Source: an uncultured Candidatus Rokubacteria bacterium (GTDB lineage Bacteria; Methylomirabilota; Methylomirabilia; Rokubacteriales; CSP1-6). From it: a stretch of 64,000 bases of DNA. The notes under the pieces are model-generated. The model was given only the letters and a program-made list of their open reading frames with translations. It was not told where the DNA came from and did not search any database. Below, in pieces: positions 21,142 to 31,378 of this stretch (positions within the stretch are counted from its first letter, which is position 1; each line of letters opens with the position of its first letter). The DNA lies in assembly GCA_963789955.1 (NCBI GenBank), contig CAWBMV010000036.1:128001-192000 (forward strand). Direction: 5' to 3'. Position numbers and translations under genes: made by a program.

Positions 21142-21408
21142 GTGGAACCCACCCGTCGGTTCGGGAATGCTGCAGCGGTCGTCCTGCTTCTCGTCAGCTT
21201 ATGGCTGGCCGGCTGCGCCACGTCGGGCGGCGACACGTGGACGAAGCCCGGTGGGACCGAGCAAGAGCGCAGTCGCGACACTATGGACTGTCTGACCCAA
21301 GCCAAGCGCGTGACGCCCGGCGCGGGCGGACCGGCCGAGACGGTCAACCAGGATCGCTACCGGCGCTGCATGACGGACCGCGGCTACACGTCGGGCCCGG
21401 CGCAGTGA
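21142..21408 (+). CDS. Small hypothetical lipoprotein
   Basis: LAGC lipobox; WTKPG...DC...CM..RGY pattern. Confidence 0.75.
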   Translation: MEPTRRFGNAAAVVLLLVSLWLAGCATSGGDTWTKPGGTEQERSRDTMDCLTQAKRVTPGAGGPAETVNQDRYRRCMTDRGYTSGPAQ

Positions 21409-21421
21409 TTCCGGCTCGGGT

Positions 21422-23050
21422 CTAGCCCAGTCGCTCGCGCGCGGCCTCGCGCAGCCGCGATTTCTGGACTTTGCCACTCGACGTCATCGGGAGCTCGTCG
21501 ACGACGAATGCGTGGCGCGGGATCTTGAAGCTCGCGATCCGTCCCCGACAGAACGCGAGCAGATCGTCCGGGACGACGGTGGCCCCCGGAGCAGGCTGCA
21601 CGAAGACGACCCCCACTTCGCCGAGCCGAGCGTCGGGGTAGCTGACGACGGCCGCCTGCCGGACACCCGGGTAGGTGCCGAGATAGCTCTCGACCTCGGT
21701 CGGATCGACGTTCTCGCCGCCGACCTTGATCATGTCCTTGTAGCGGCCGACGAAGCGGAGATGGCCGTCGGCGCGCAGGATGCCGGCGTCGCCGGTGTGG
21801 AACCAGCCGTCGGCATCGATGGCGCGCGCGGTCGCTTCGGGATCCCGGTAGTAGCCCTGCATGAGGTATCGCGTCCGGACCACGATCTCACCCGGCGTGC
21901 CGCGCGGCTGCTCGTGGCCCGTGTCGGGATCGATCACGCGCACCTCGAAGCCCTCGCACGGAAGTCCGGACGCTTCGCACGCCTGCTCGTCCGTCGAATC
22001 GAGGAGCGACATCGAGATCGTCGCGCCGACTTCCGTCATGCCGTAGGCGGTCAGGTGTCGCAGCGGCGCCAGGGCCTTGCGCGCGCGATAGAGGATCGGC
22101 GTCGCGCTCGCCGCGCCGGCCGCCATGATACCGGTGCGCAACGTCGACAGGTTGCGCGGCCGCGCGTCCTGGGCGTCGATGAGGAGCTTGAGTTGCGTGT
22201 CGAAGCCGTCGATATGAGTCGCGCCTTCGCGCTCGACGAGATCGAGCGCCTCGTCGGCGTCGAACGTCTCCGTGAGAATCTGCCGGTAGCCGACCAGCAG
22301 CGAGCCGAGCGGCCCGTCGACGTAGCCGAAGATGTGAAAGAGCGGAAGGTAGTTGACGAAGACGTCCCGCTCGGAGGACTGCAGGCGCCGGTAGCGGTCG
22401 GCCATGTGAGCGAGCAGTGTATGGTCGCGCATCACGCCTTTGGGGAACCCCGTCGTTCCCGACGTGTACATGATGAACGCCGTGTCGCTGGGACGCACTG
22501 CCGCCGCCCGCGCGGCCAGACGGGCCGGGTCGACCGCGGCGGCCGACGCCAGGAGCTCGGGCCAGCCCCAGGCTCCCGGATACTGCCGATCGCTCAGGAC
22601 GACCACCCGCTCCAGATCGGGCAGTCGTGCGCTCCGCACGCGCCGGCTCTCACCGCCGCCCTCGAACGACGCGAGCTCGCGAACCATTCCGAGGTAATCG
22701 ACGGGCCCGGAGACATCGTGGGTCATGAGGGCCGCCGCGTTCGATCGCTCGAGGACCTGCGCCAGATCGACGGTCCGGAATCGCGTATTGATCGGCACGT
22801 GGACGGCGCCGATCTTGGCCAGGGCGAACATCGCGAAGATCCACTCGGGGCAGTTGAGGAGCCAGAGCGCGACCTTCTCGCCCGGCCCGACGCCGATGTG
22901 GATCAGCCCGCGCGCGAGGCGGTCGACCTCGGCGGCGATCTGACGGAACGAGAAGCGACGATCGCGGAAGACGAGGGCCTCGCGGTCGCCCCACCGCGCG
23001 GCCGCCGTGTCCGTCAGGTCGCCGAAGCGGGTGACCGAGCGTGCGTCCAT
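21422..23050 (-). CDS. AMP-binding acyl-CoA ligase
   Basis: MYTSGTTGFPKG, YGMTE, WFHTGD, GRYKDMIKVGGENV, SSGKVQK. Confidence 0.93.
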   Translation of the reverse strand: MDARSVTRFGDLTDTAAARWGDREALVFRDRRFSFRQIAAEVDRLARGLIHIGVGPGEKVALWLLNCPEWIFAMFALAKIGAVHVPINTRFRTVDLAQVLERSNAAALMTHDVSGPVDYLGMVRELASFEGGGESRRVRSARLPDLERVVVLSDRQYPGAWGWPELLASAAAVDPARLAARAAAVRPSDTAFIMYTSGTTGFPKGVMRDHTLLAHMADRYRRLQSSERDVFVNYLPLFHIFGYVDGPLGSLLVGYRQILTETFDADEALDLVEREGATHIDGFDTQLKLLIDAQDARPRNLSTLRTGIMAAGAASATPILYRARKALAPLRHLTAYGMTEVGATISMSLLDSTDEQACEASGLPCEGFEVRVIDPDTGHEQPRGTPGEIVVRTRYLMQGYYRDPEATARAIDADGWFHTGDAGILRADGHLRFVGRYKDMIKVGGENVDPTEVESYLGTYPGVRQAAVVSYPDARLGEVGVVFVQPAPGATVVPDDLLAFCRGRIASFKIPRHAFVVDELPMTSSGKVQKSRLREAARERLG

Positions 23051-23061
23051 CGTGCTGCCGG

Positions 23062-23697
23062 CTACGGGATGCCGAGGAGCTTGTGCGTCTGCAAGCTCAG
23101 GCGCCATCGCGGATGCTCCAGACAGTATTGGACGGCGAGCTGCGTGTTGCGCAGACGATCGGGGCCGTCCATCGGCTGCAGGAAGAAGTGGGTGAAGGGC
23201 AGACCCTGCAGCGATTCCGGGTCGATGCCGGCTTGTGGGTAGATCAGCTTCAGCTCGTTCCCCTGTCTGAGCACCAGCTCCGCCCCGGCCTTCGGACTCA
23301 CGCAGACCCAGTCGATCCCGTCGAGCCCGGGTTGCGTCCCATTCGTCTCGATGGCGATCGTGAAGCCTTCCGCGTGCAGCGATTTGATGAGCGGCGCGTC
23401 GAGCTGCAGCAGCGGCTCGCCGCTGGTACAGACGACGAAGCGCGACGCGGCTTCGCTCGACGGCCAGGCCGCCGCGACGGCCTTCGCGAGTGCCTCGGGC
23501 GAGGCGAAACGACCGCCTCCCGGGCCGTCGACCCCCACGAAATCGGTATCGCAGAAGCGGCAGGCGGCGGTGGCCCGATCCGGCTCGTGCCCGGACCAGA
23601 TGTTGCAGGCTGCGAATCGACAGAACACGGCCGGACGACCGGTGTTGGCGCCCTCGCCCTGGAGCGTGTAGAAGATCTCCTTCACCGCGTAGCTCAT
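23062..23697 (-). CDS. queE: 7-carboxy-7-deazaguanine synthase (radical SAM, Cx14CxxC type)
   Basis: [47 protein letters not shown]. Confidence 0.93.
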   Translation of the reverse strand: MSYAVKEIFYTLQGEGANTGRPAVFCRFAACNIWSGHEPDRATAACRFCDTDFVGVDGPGGGRFASPEALAKAVAAAWPSSEAASRFVVCTSGEPLLQLDAPLIKSLHAEGFTIAIETNGTQPGLDGIDWVCVSPKAGAELVLRQGNELKLIYPQAGIDPESLQGLPFTHFFLQPMDGPDRLRNTQLAVQYCLEHPRWRLSLQTHKLLGIP

Positions 23698-24401
23698 GGG
23701 GATGCCGGCGTCGTCGGCCGATACGCGATCGGATCGCGGGTCCCGCTCTCGCGAAAGCCCTTGAGGCGCAGCAGGCAGGCGTCGCAGGCGCCGCATGCGG
23801 CGCCGTCGCTCGCGGGGTCGTAGCAGGACGTCGTCAGCGAGTAGTCGACACCGAGGGCGAGACCGGCGCGGACGATGTCGGCCTTCGTCATGCTGATGAG
23901 CGGCGTGTGAATGGTCAAGCGCTTGCCCTCGACGCCGGCCTTCGTCGCGAGGTTCGCCATGTGCTCGTACGCCGCGATGTACTCGGCTCGACAGTCCGGA
24001 TAGCCGCTGGCGTCGAGCACGTTCACGCCGATGAACAGATCGCGCGCGTCGAGCACTTCGGCCCAGGCGAGCGCGAACGACAGAAAGATGGTGTTGCGCG
24101 CGGGCACGTAGGTGACGGGAATCCCGTGGCCGATCTCCGCGAGCGAGCGCGCCTTCGGGACGTCGATCTCGCTCGTGAGCGCCGAGCCGCCGAAGCGCCG
24201 CAGGTCGACCGGCACCACGATGTGCCGCGTGACGCCGAGGTGTTTCGCGACGTCCGCGGCCTTCTCGATCTCGATGCGGTGACGCTGGCCGTAGTCGAAG
24301 GTCAGCGCATAGAGCGTGAAGCCCTGCGAGCGCGCGATGGCGGCGGAGGTGCTGGAATCGAGGCCTCCGCTCAGAAGGACCACCGCCCGTCGCTCCACCA
24401 T
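23694..24401 (-). CDS. queC: 7-cyano-7-deazaguanine synthase
   Basis: [24 protein letters not shown]...CGACDAC. Confidence 0.96.
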   Translation of the reverse strand: MVERRAVVLLSGGLDSSTSAAIARSQGFTLYALTFDYGQRHRIEIEKAADVAKHLGVTRHIVVPVDLRRFGGSALTSEIDVPKARSLAEIGHGIPVTYVPARNTIFLSFALAWAEVLDARDLFIGVNVLDASGYPDCRAEYIAAYEHMANLATKAGVEGKRLTIHTPLISMTKADIVRAGLALGVDYSLTTSCYDPASDGAACGACDACLLRLKGFRESGTRDPIAYRPTTPASP

Positions 24402-24413
24402 GGGCTCCTCGAT

Positions 24414-25553
24414 TCAGCTCCGCGTCGGCAGCTCGACGACCCCGCTGCCGAGCACCGACAGCTCGCCGTCCTGATTGCGCGCTTCCTGCTCGATCTCGAC
24501 CAGGTGCCGGCCGTTCTCGATGCGCTTCGTCTTGACCGTGCCGTCGATCCGCAGGGTGTCGCCTTCGGGGTTGTGGCGGCGGATCTTGCAGTACGCGCCG
24601 CGGAGGAACCCGTCGTCGCCCATCCAGTTGGTCAGATGATGTGTGAGCCACGAGCACCGCTCGGGGCCGTAATCGTAAGCCCCCGGCGCGCCGACCATGG
24701 TCGCGAACTCCTGCTCCCAGTGGACGCGCTCCGGGCAGTCGGGAATGCCGAAGCGGTTCTTGATGCCCAGACCCGAATGACGATGCACCTGCTTCCAGGC
24801 GAGCTTGTTCGCCCGGATGTAGAGGCCGCCCCAGCCCTGCGCATAGGCGATGAAGCCCGTCACGGTCATCGGCCCCTTCGCCATCGTCGGCAGCCGCTCG
24901 CCCTCGCGCACGTCGTCCCAGTACCGCGGGGTGCCGCCGCGGATCTGCTCGTTCGCGTAGAGCCGGTAGACGTCGGCGAGCTCCTCGTCGGTGTAGCGCT
25001 TGGGAGGCTTCGCCTTCACCGCGGTGTACTTGGTCCCGGCTTCGCGCGCCTGGTCACGATCGGTGCGAAAGCACCAGCTGTCGGCGGCGGCGACGAGGTC
25101 CCCGCGCTGGTTGTAGAAGTCGACGTGATAGACCTGCTGGATCGAGCGGCCCGCGAACGTCGTCTGGTGCTCGATCAGCTCCTTGAGCCATGCCTCGGTC
25201 GTGATCGCGTCGTTGCGCCGCACCGGGTGGTGCCACGTCCAGTCCGCCCCGGCCCACATCGCGTGCACGCCCGGCAGCCCGCCGACATAGCCCGAGATGA
25301 TCCGGCTCGTGGCAAAGAGAAAGCTCGGCGGCGCGACCACGCCACCCCAGCGTGTGCCGGCGGCGTACTCGGGATCGCACCAGAGCGGGTTGTCGTCGCC
25401 GATGCCGTGCGCGTAGTGGCGCAGGTTGTCGCGCGTGGCCTCGTGGCACCACGGCTCGAGCGTGTCCGTGATCTTGACGCCGATCCGGCGGCGCAGGTCA
25501 TCGAGGCCCTGCTCGGTGATCTTCGGAAAAAGCGTCGTCGTCTCACGGGGCAT
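24414..25553 (-). CDS. Double hot-dog MaoC/FAS1-like dehydratase
   Basis: RHYAHGIGDDNPLWCDPEYA; second domain with HLTNWMGDDGFL. Confidence 0.85.
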   Translation of the reverse strand: MPRETTTLFPKITEQGLDDLRRRIGVKITDTLEPWCHEATRDNLRHYAHGIGDDNPLWCDPEYAAGTRWGGVVAPPSFLFATSRIISGYVGGLPGVHAMWAGADWTWHHPVRRNDAITTEAWLKELIEHQTTFAGRSIQQVYHVDFYNQRGDLVAAADSWCFRTDRDQAREAGTKYTAVKAKPPKRYTDEELADVYRLYANEQIRGGTPRYWDDVREGERLPTMAKGPMTVTGFIAYAQGWGGLYIRANKLAWKQVHRHSGLGIKNRFGIPDCPERVHWEQEFATMVGAPGAYDYGPERCSWLTHHLTNWMGDDGFLRGAYCKIRRHNPEGDTLRIDGTVKTKRIENGRHLVEIEQEARNQDGELSVLGSGVVELPTRS

Positions 25554-27110
25554 GCGTGGGCTCCACGGCGCTCGCCTCGGATTCGCGAAGCGCCTTGCGG
25601 TTGACCTTGCCGGCGGGCGTCTTGGGCAGCGCCGCCACGAACGCGACGCGCCGCGGGTATTCGTGCTGGCTGAGCCGCGTGCGCGTGAAATCCTGCAGCT
25701 CGCGGGCGAACGCGTCGTCGCCGCCGCGCGCGCTCACGATGAACGCCTTGACCACCTGGCCGCGCAGCGCGTCGGCGACGCCGATCACCGCCGCCTCGCG
25801 CACGTCCGGATGCCGGAGCAGCACGTCCTCGATCTCGATCGCGCTCATGGTCCAGCCGGCCGAGATGATGACATCGTCGGCGCGCCCGGCGTGATAGAAG
25901 TAGCCATCGCCGTCCACGTGGCCTCGATCCTTCGTCGGAAACCAGGCATCGCGTCGCCACACCTTGATCTCGCCGATCTGGTCCGGCGGGCAGGGACGTC
26001 CGTCGGCGTCCTGCACCTCGACGCGGACGCCGGGGACGGGCTTTCCGAGTGCGCCGGGCTTGACGGCGTAATCGGCGGCGCCCGGATAGTCGGCCAGGAT
26101 CACACCGACCTCGGTCGTCCCGTACATGCTGCACACGCGCGTGCCGAACGTCGCCTCGACGAACGCGCGTGCTGGCGCTGTCCATCGGCTCGCCGGTGAA
26201 CGACAGCTTGCGGATGCCGTAGCGATACGCGCCGGCCTGTCCGGAGCTCTTCAGCATGCGATAGTGCGTCGCCGCGGCCGCCACGTTGGTCACGTCGTAC
26301 TCCTGCAGCGCGCGGAGCATCCGGACCGGATCGAACTTGCCGGCCATCGTCCCGGTGGTGACGCCGAGCGCCAGCGGCGCGAGCGTGCCGTGCCAGAGGC
26401 CGTGCCCCCACGCGGGCGAGGACGGGCAGAAGAAGCGATCGCCCGGCCGGATGCCCGTGCCGTAGAGTGCTGCGACCATGAGCGCGACGATCGCGCGCTG
26501 GGGATGGCGCACCGCAGCCGGCAGCTCCCGCGTCGTGCCCGACGTGTACTGAAAGACCGCGAGGTCGTCGGCGGCGCTCCGCACCTCGTAGTGGGCCGGG
26601 AGCGCCGCCAGCGTGGACAGCGAACGCGTCGTCGGCCACCACGACCTCGAGCCCGGCGATGGCGCGCGCGGTGTCGGCCTTCTCGGCGTTGGTCAGCAGG
26701 AGCCGCGGCGTGCAGTCTTCGACCCGCAGCCGGACACCGTCGGGCCCGAACAGGGTGAACAGCGGCACCGCGATGGCGCCGCGCTTGATGGCGCCGAACA
26801 GGGCGGCGTAGAAGGCCAGCGACGGCTCGAGCATGATCGCCACGCGGTCGCCGGGGGCGACGCCGCGCGCCGCGAGCCAGTGGGCGAAGCGCGCGGACCA
26901 CTCGGACAGATCACGAAACCCGAGCGTCTCGTCGCGCCCGTCGGCATGGGCGACGCGGACCGCGACGCGACCGGAGCCGGCGTGCCGGTCCAGGCACTCG
27001 ACGGCGATGTTCAGCGACTCGCGGCCGCCGTCGAAGAGCGACCACAGCGCCGCGGATTGGAAGTGCCGGTGGGCGTCGGCGTAGGCCGTGTAGTCCGTCA
27101 GTCGCATCAT
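25543..27110 (-). CDS. Acyl-CoA synthetase (acetate-CoA ligase-like), frameshifts near 26620 and 26170
   Basis: LNIAVECLDRH; FQYTSGTTRELP; MYGTTE...GRADDVIISAG...KTPAGKV across three frames. Confidence 0.88.
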
Positions 27111-27142
27111 GGCTCCCGGGTCCCATTGTATAAGGACAGCGC

Positions 27143-28378
27143 ATGACCTCGGGTCGCGGCGGACTCTTGCTGGGCGGCGCCTTCGTGACCTTCGCCATCA
27201 GCGCCGCGCTGATGCATTCCTACGCCGTCTTCCTGGTCGCGTTCCTCGAGGAGTTCGGCTGGAGCCGCGCCGAGACGTCGCTGGCCTTCTCGGTCTCCGC
27301 GTTCGTGAGCGGTGCGAGCGCGCCCTTCGTCGGCGCGCTCGTCGACCGCCTCGGGCCTCGCCGGCTCGTGCTGCTCGGCGGGGGCGTGCTGGCGCTCGGG
27401 CTCCTGGGCAGCGCCTACGTCGTCGCGCTCTGGCAGCTGGTCGTGCTCTACGGCATCCTCATGACGCTCGGAGCCAACTGCCTTGGGCTCGTCGTGTTCG
27501 TGCCCATCCTCTCGCGCCGCTTCGTGAGCAATCGGGGCATGGCGATCTCGATCGTCCAGTCGGCGAACGGCTTCGCGCGCGCCGTGTCGGCGCCGCTCGC
27601 GCAGATCCTGATCTCGACGATCGGCTGGCGGCACGCGTATCTCGCGCAAGCGGCGCTGATGGGTGTGCTCGTCTGGCCACTCGCCGCCCTGTTCCGGCGT
27701 GATGAGCCGCCGGCGCCCGTCGCGCCGCCGAGCCCGTCGTTCCGGGGCGAGGGCGTCGGCGCGGGTCCTCCGGCGCGCCGCGACTGGACCCTGGCCGAAG
27801 CGATCGCCACGTCACACTTCTGGCTCCTGTTCACGGTGTACCTCTGCACGGGCCTCGGGAGCTTCTTCGTCTCGCTGCACCAGCTCGCGTTCGCGGTCGA
27901 TGCCGGGTTCGACAAGCTCTACGCCGCCAGCGTGCTCGGCCTGGGCGCCTTGTTGTCCGTCGGCGGCACGATCGTCACGGGGACGCTCTCGGATTACATC
28001 GGCCGTGAGGTCTCCGCCGTCCTCGCCTACGCGGTCTCGATCGTCGGCGTGATCTGCGCGCTCTTCATCACGGGCCCTGGCGACGCCTGGCTGCTCTGGA
28101 TCCACGCGTGCTTCTTTGGCCTCACCTGGGGCGCGCGCGGCCCGGCGATCACCGCCAAGACCGCCGATCTGTTCCCGGGGCGAAACCTGGGCACCATCCT
28201 GGGTGTCATCACGGTCGGCACCGGCATCGGCTCGGCCGTCGGCGCGTGGGGCGCCGGCTGGATCTTCGACGTCTCCGGCAGCTATCGGCTCGCGTTCCTG
28301 GCATCGATCGCGTCCTACCTGGTGGGCTGCGTGGCGTTCTGGGGGCTGCGCCGGCCGCCGACGCGGCAGGTGGTATAA
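27143..28378 (+). CDS. MFS transporter
   Basis: GALVDRLGPRR motif, about 12 hydrophobic segments. Confidence 0.92.
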   Translation: MTSGRGGLLLGGAFVTFAISAALMHSYAVFLVAFLEEFGWSRAETSLAFSVSAFVSGASAPFVGALVDRLGPRRLVLLGGGVLALGLLGSAYVVALWQLVVLYGILMTLGANCLGLVVFVPILSRRFVSNRGMAISIVQSANGFARAVSAPLAQILISTIGWRHAYLAQAALMGVLVWPLAALFRRDEPPAPVAPPSPSFRGEGVGAGPPARRDWTLAEAIATSHFWLLFTVYLCTGLGSFFVSLHQLAFAVDAGFDKLYAASVLGLGALLSVGGTIVTGTLSDYIGREVSAVLAYAVSIVGVICALFITGPGDAWLLWIHACFFGLTWGARGPAITAKTADLFPGRNLGTILGVITVGTGIGSAVGAWGAGWIFDVSGSYRLAFLASIASYLVGCVAFWGLRRPPTRQVV

Positions 28379-28387
28379 CAGTCGGCG

Positions 28388-29512
28388 ATGGACTTCCACG
28401 CGTTCATGTACGTCACGATCGGGCGGCGCCGCGAGCTCGAGCGGGGTATGGCCGGCAAGGATCCCGTGCTCTACCAGCGCATGCTGGACGAGATCGGGGA
28501 GTATGCGCGCACGTGCGATTCGACCGGCTGGTCGGGCATCGGTATCCCCGAGCATCACCTGCAGATCGAGGGGTTCGAGCTCGGTCAAGATCCGGGCCTC
28601 ATGGCGATGTTCCTCGGCACGCACGGCCCGCGCCTGCGCATCAACCAGTTCGGCTACGTGCTGCCCACGCACAATCCGCTGCGCGTGGCCGAGCACGCGG
28701 CCACGCTCGACCATCTGCTCGGCGGCCGGCTCAACGTCGCGTTCGTGCGCGGCTATCAAGCGCGATGGTTCGAGAACTACGCCGCCGTGCCCGGCGCCAA
28801 GGCCACGGGGCCGTGGAACCGCAAGAGCGACGAGGACGCGCGCAACCGCGAGCTCTTCGAGGAGTGCGTGGCCATCATCAAGACCGCGTGGGCCAACGAC
28901 ACGTTCGCCTTCAAGGGCAAGTACTGGTCGTACCCACCGGAAGGCCAGCGCCAGCCGCATCCGCATCCGGTCTACCTGAAGTACGGCCGCGGCGTCGACG
29001 CCGACGGTACGATCCGCGAGGTCGGCATCGCGCCGCGCCCGTTGCAGAATCCGATTCCCGTCTACTCGGGCTTCACGCATAGCCTGCAAACCTCGCTCTA
29101 CTGGGCGCGGGAAGGCGGCAAGCCCATCGTGATGGCCAGCGAGATGGACTTCTGCGAGATGCTCTGGAGCCGCTATCGTGAAGAAGCCGAGCGTCACGGC
29201 CGCGACGTGCCGCGCGGCGAAGAAGCGGCGTGGGGCGGCTATCTCGTGCTCGCCGACACGAAGAGCGAGGCGGAGGCGTGGGCCGAGGACTGTCTCTGGA
29301 TGTGGGACTCGTGGTCCGTGCCCTTCGGCCAGGACCGGCCGCCGCTCCTGATCGGCGACGCCGACACCGTCACGCGCATGATCGAGAACGCGGCGCGCCA
29401 CGTGCCGTTCAACGAGATGTTCCTGCTGTTCGGCCAGGGCATTCTCGAACGCGACCGCTGCGTGAAGACGCTCGAGCTGTTTGCCGAGAAGGTCATTCCC
29501 CGGTTCCGCTAG
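28388..29512 (+). CDS. Luciferase-like (LLM) flavin-dependent oxidoreductase
   Basis: PEHH, LPTHNPLRVAEHAATLDHL.GGRL, LELFAEKVIPRF. Confidence 0.9.
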   Translation: MDFHAFMYVTIGRRRELERGMAGKDPVLYQRMLDEIGEYARTCDSTGWSGIGIPEHHLQIEGFELGQDPGLMAMFLGTHGPRLRINQFGYVLPTHNPLRVAEHAATLDHLLGGRLNVAFVRGYQARWFENYAAVPGAKATGPWNRKSDEDARNRELFEECVAIIKTAWANDTFAFKGKYWSYPPEGQRQPHPHPVYLKYGRGVDADGTIREVGIAPRPLQNPIPVYSGFTHSLQTSLYWAREGGKPIVMASEMDFCEMLWSRYREEAERHGRDVPRGEEAAWGGYLVLADTKSEAEAWAEDCLWMWDSWSVPFGQDRPPLLIGDADTVTRMIENAARHVPFNEMFLLFGQGILERDRCVKTLELFAEKVIPRFR

Positions 29513-29539
29513 TGCGCTCGAGCCTACGCCGGTGATGTC

Positions 29540-29980
29540 TTGCGCGCCCTGCTGCTGACGCTGCACGTTCTCGGAGCGTGCGTGTGGACGGGCGGGCATC
29601 TGGTGCTCGCGGTCGCCGTGCTTCCGCGCGCGCTGGCTCGACGCGATTCCCGCATCCTGCGCGGATTCGAGGAGCCCTTCGAGCGGATCGGAATTCCTGC
29701 GCTCGTCGTTCAGGTGCTGACCGGGCTCTGGCTCGCCGGTCAGTTCGTCCCGATAACCCGCTGGCTCGCGTTCGGCAGCGCGCTCGAAGTGCGTGTGGGC
29801 ACGAAGCTGCTCTTGCTCGGACTCACCGTGGCGCTCGCGCTCCACGCTCGGCTGCGCGTGATCCCCCGTCTCGACGAGTCCGGCCTGGGGCTGCTCGCGA
29901 CGCACATCGTGATCGTGACGGTTCTGGCGGTCGCCCTCGTCGTCGTCGGCGTCAGCTTTCAGACGGGCCGGCTCTTTTAG
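29540..29980 (+). CDS. CopD-like membrane protein
   Basis: LHVLGACVWTGGHLVL, FERIGIPALVVQVLTGLWLA. Confidence 0.75.
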   Translation: MRALLLTLHVLGACVWTGGHLVLAVAVLPRALARRDSRILRGFEEPFERIGIPALVVQVLTGLWLAGQFVPITRWLAFGSALEVRVGTKLLLLGLTVALALHARLRVIPRLDESGLGLLATHIVIVTVLAVALVVVGVSFQTGRLF

Positions 29981-30011
29981 CGACGCGCGCCGGCGAACCC
30001 GCGGTCCCTCG

Positions 30012-30350
30012 CTATGCCCTGATCATCACGAGGATCATCTTGAATGGCGTGATTGCCTTGACCGCGTGTGGCTGACCGGCGGGCAGCCTGAGAAGTTGGC
30101 CCGCTGAAACGTCGTGGGCGAGGCCCGCGATGGAAATTTCCGCCTTTCCGTCGACTCCAAGGACCAGCGCGTCATACGGCGCGGTATGCTCGCTGAGCGC
30201 TTCGCCCGCGTCGAATGCGAACGCGGTCACGGTGCCGGCGGACTTCTTGACGAGCGTACGGCTGACGACCGAGCCCGGCTGATACTCGACGAGCCCGAGC
30301 TGCGCGATCACTCCTTGGAGCTCGCCCGCATGTTTTGGATCGGCGGTCAC
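30012..30350 (-). CDS. Cupin domain protein
   Basis: YQPGSVVSRTL, FDAGEALSEHTAPYDA, PAGQPHAVKA. Confidence 0.88.
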   Translation of the reverse strand: MTADPKHAGELQGVIAQLGLVEYQPGSVVSRTLVKKSAGTVTAFAFDAGEALSEHTAPYDALVLGVDGKAEISIAGLAHDVSAGQLLRLPAGQPHAVKAITPFKMILVMIRA

Positions 30351-30415
30351 GAAGCTCTCTCCTGGTACATCGCGTCCTCCTGGCTTGTCCCAGAATAGTC
30401 CCGGCGTTCCGGTGC

Positions 30416-31300
30416 TCAGCGCGAGAAAAAGTCTCGGAGATTCGCGTAGGTCTCGTCGGGCGCCTGCTCGGCTGGATAGTGGCCGCAGGGCAGCGCGATG
30501 CAGCCGGCGAGATTGGTGACGTAGGTCGACCAGCCCTTCTCGTATCCGTAGAACTTGGCCGTGTGGCTCTGGCCGCCGACGATCACCAGCACGGGGCAGG
30601 CGATCTTGTTCCCCGCGTCGAGGTCTTTCTTGTCCATCTCGAAGTCGATCGTGGCGCCGGCGCGGTAGTCCTCGCAGACGCCGTGGATGTTCTCGGGCGT
30701 GCAGCAGCGCACGTATTCTCGGATGGCGTCTTCGGTGAAGCCGCCCTTGCCCAGCCCCTGGGAGCCGAGCTTGAGGCGGATGTAGTACTCCTCCTTGCCG
30801 GCCAGGAGACGCTCGGGGAAATCGTACGGCTGCGCCATGAACGACCAGTGATAACTGTTGAGCGCCCATTCGCGCGTGACGTGCGTCCACACGTGATGGG
30901 TCGGCAGGATGTCGATCGCGCAGAGCTTCTGCACCGCCGCCGGATGGTCGAGCGTCATGCGATAGGCGGTGCGCGCGCCCCGATCGTGGCCGGCCACCAT
31001 GAATCGCTCGAAGCGGAGCTCGCGCATGACGTCGACCTGGTCCTGCGCCATGCGTCTGAACGAGTAGTTGCTGTGGTCGGGTAACCCGCGGGGCTTGCCG
31101 CTGTCACCGTAGCCGCGCAGGTCGGTGGCGACCACGGTGAAGTCCTTGGCCAGGCGCGGAGCGACGAAGCGCCAGTGGTAGTACGTGAGCGGATTGCCGT
31201 GCAGGAGCAGCACCGGCGGGCCCGATCCGCCCACCACCCCACGGATCGTCACTTGTGGATCGCTGGTCTGGATGTCGAAGCGGCGGAAGCCCTCGTACAT
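30416..31300 (-). CDS. Haloacetate/fluoroacetate dehalogenase-like alpha/beta hydrolase
   Basis: GHDRGAR (nucleophile Asp and Arg pair), YHWSF, CEDYRAGA, CGHY; GGAGGG RBS. Confidence 0.85.
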   Translation of the reverse strand: MYEGFRRFDIQTSDPQVTIRGVVGGSGPPVLLLHGNPLTYYHWRFVAPRLAKDFTVVATDLRGYGDSGKPRGLPDHSNYSFRRMAQDQVDVMRELRFERFMVAGHDRGARTAYRMTLDHPAAVQKLCAIDILPTHHVWTHVTREWALNSYHWSFMAQPYDFPERLLAGKEEYYIRLKLGSQGLGKGGFTEDAIREYVRCCTPENIHGVCEDYRAGATIDFEMDKKDLDAGNKIACPVLVIVGGQSHTAKFYGYEKGWSTYVTNLAGCIALPCGHYPAEQAPDETYANLRDFFSR

Positions 31301-31378
31301 CGCGCCCTCCTGGCTTGTGCGAGAGTTTATCCTGCTCCCGGGTAGGGCAACAGACGGAGCACCGACAGGAGGGCACGA

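Noticed and set aside
23062..24401. Dpd or phage-type 7-deazaguanine DNA-modification or QueC-based defence system
   Set aside because: No dpdA/tgt-like, nuclease, helicase or TatD partner nearby, and both proteins look canonical.
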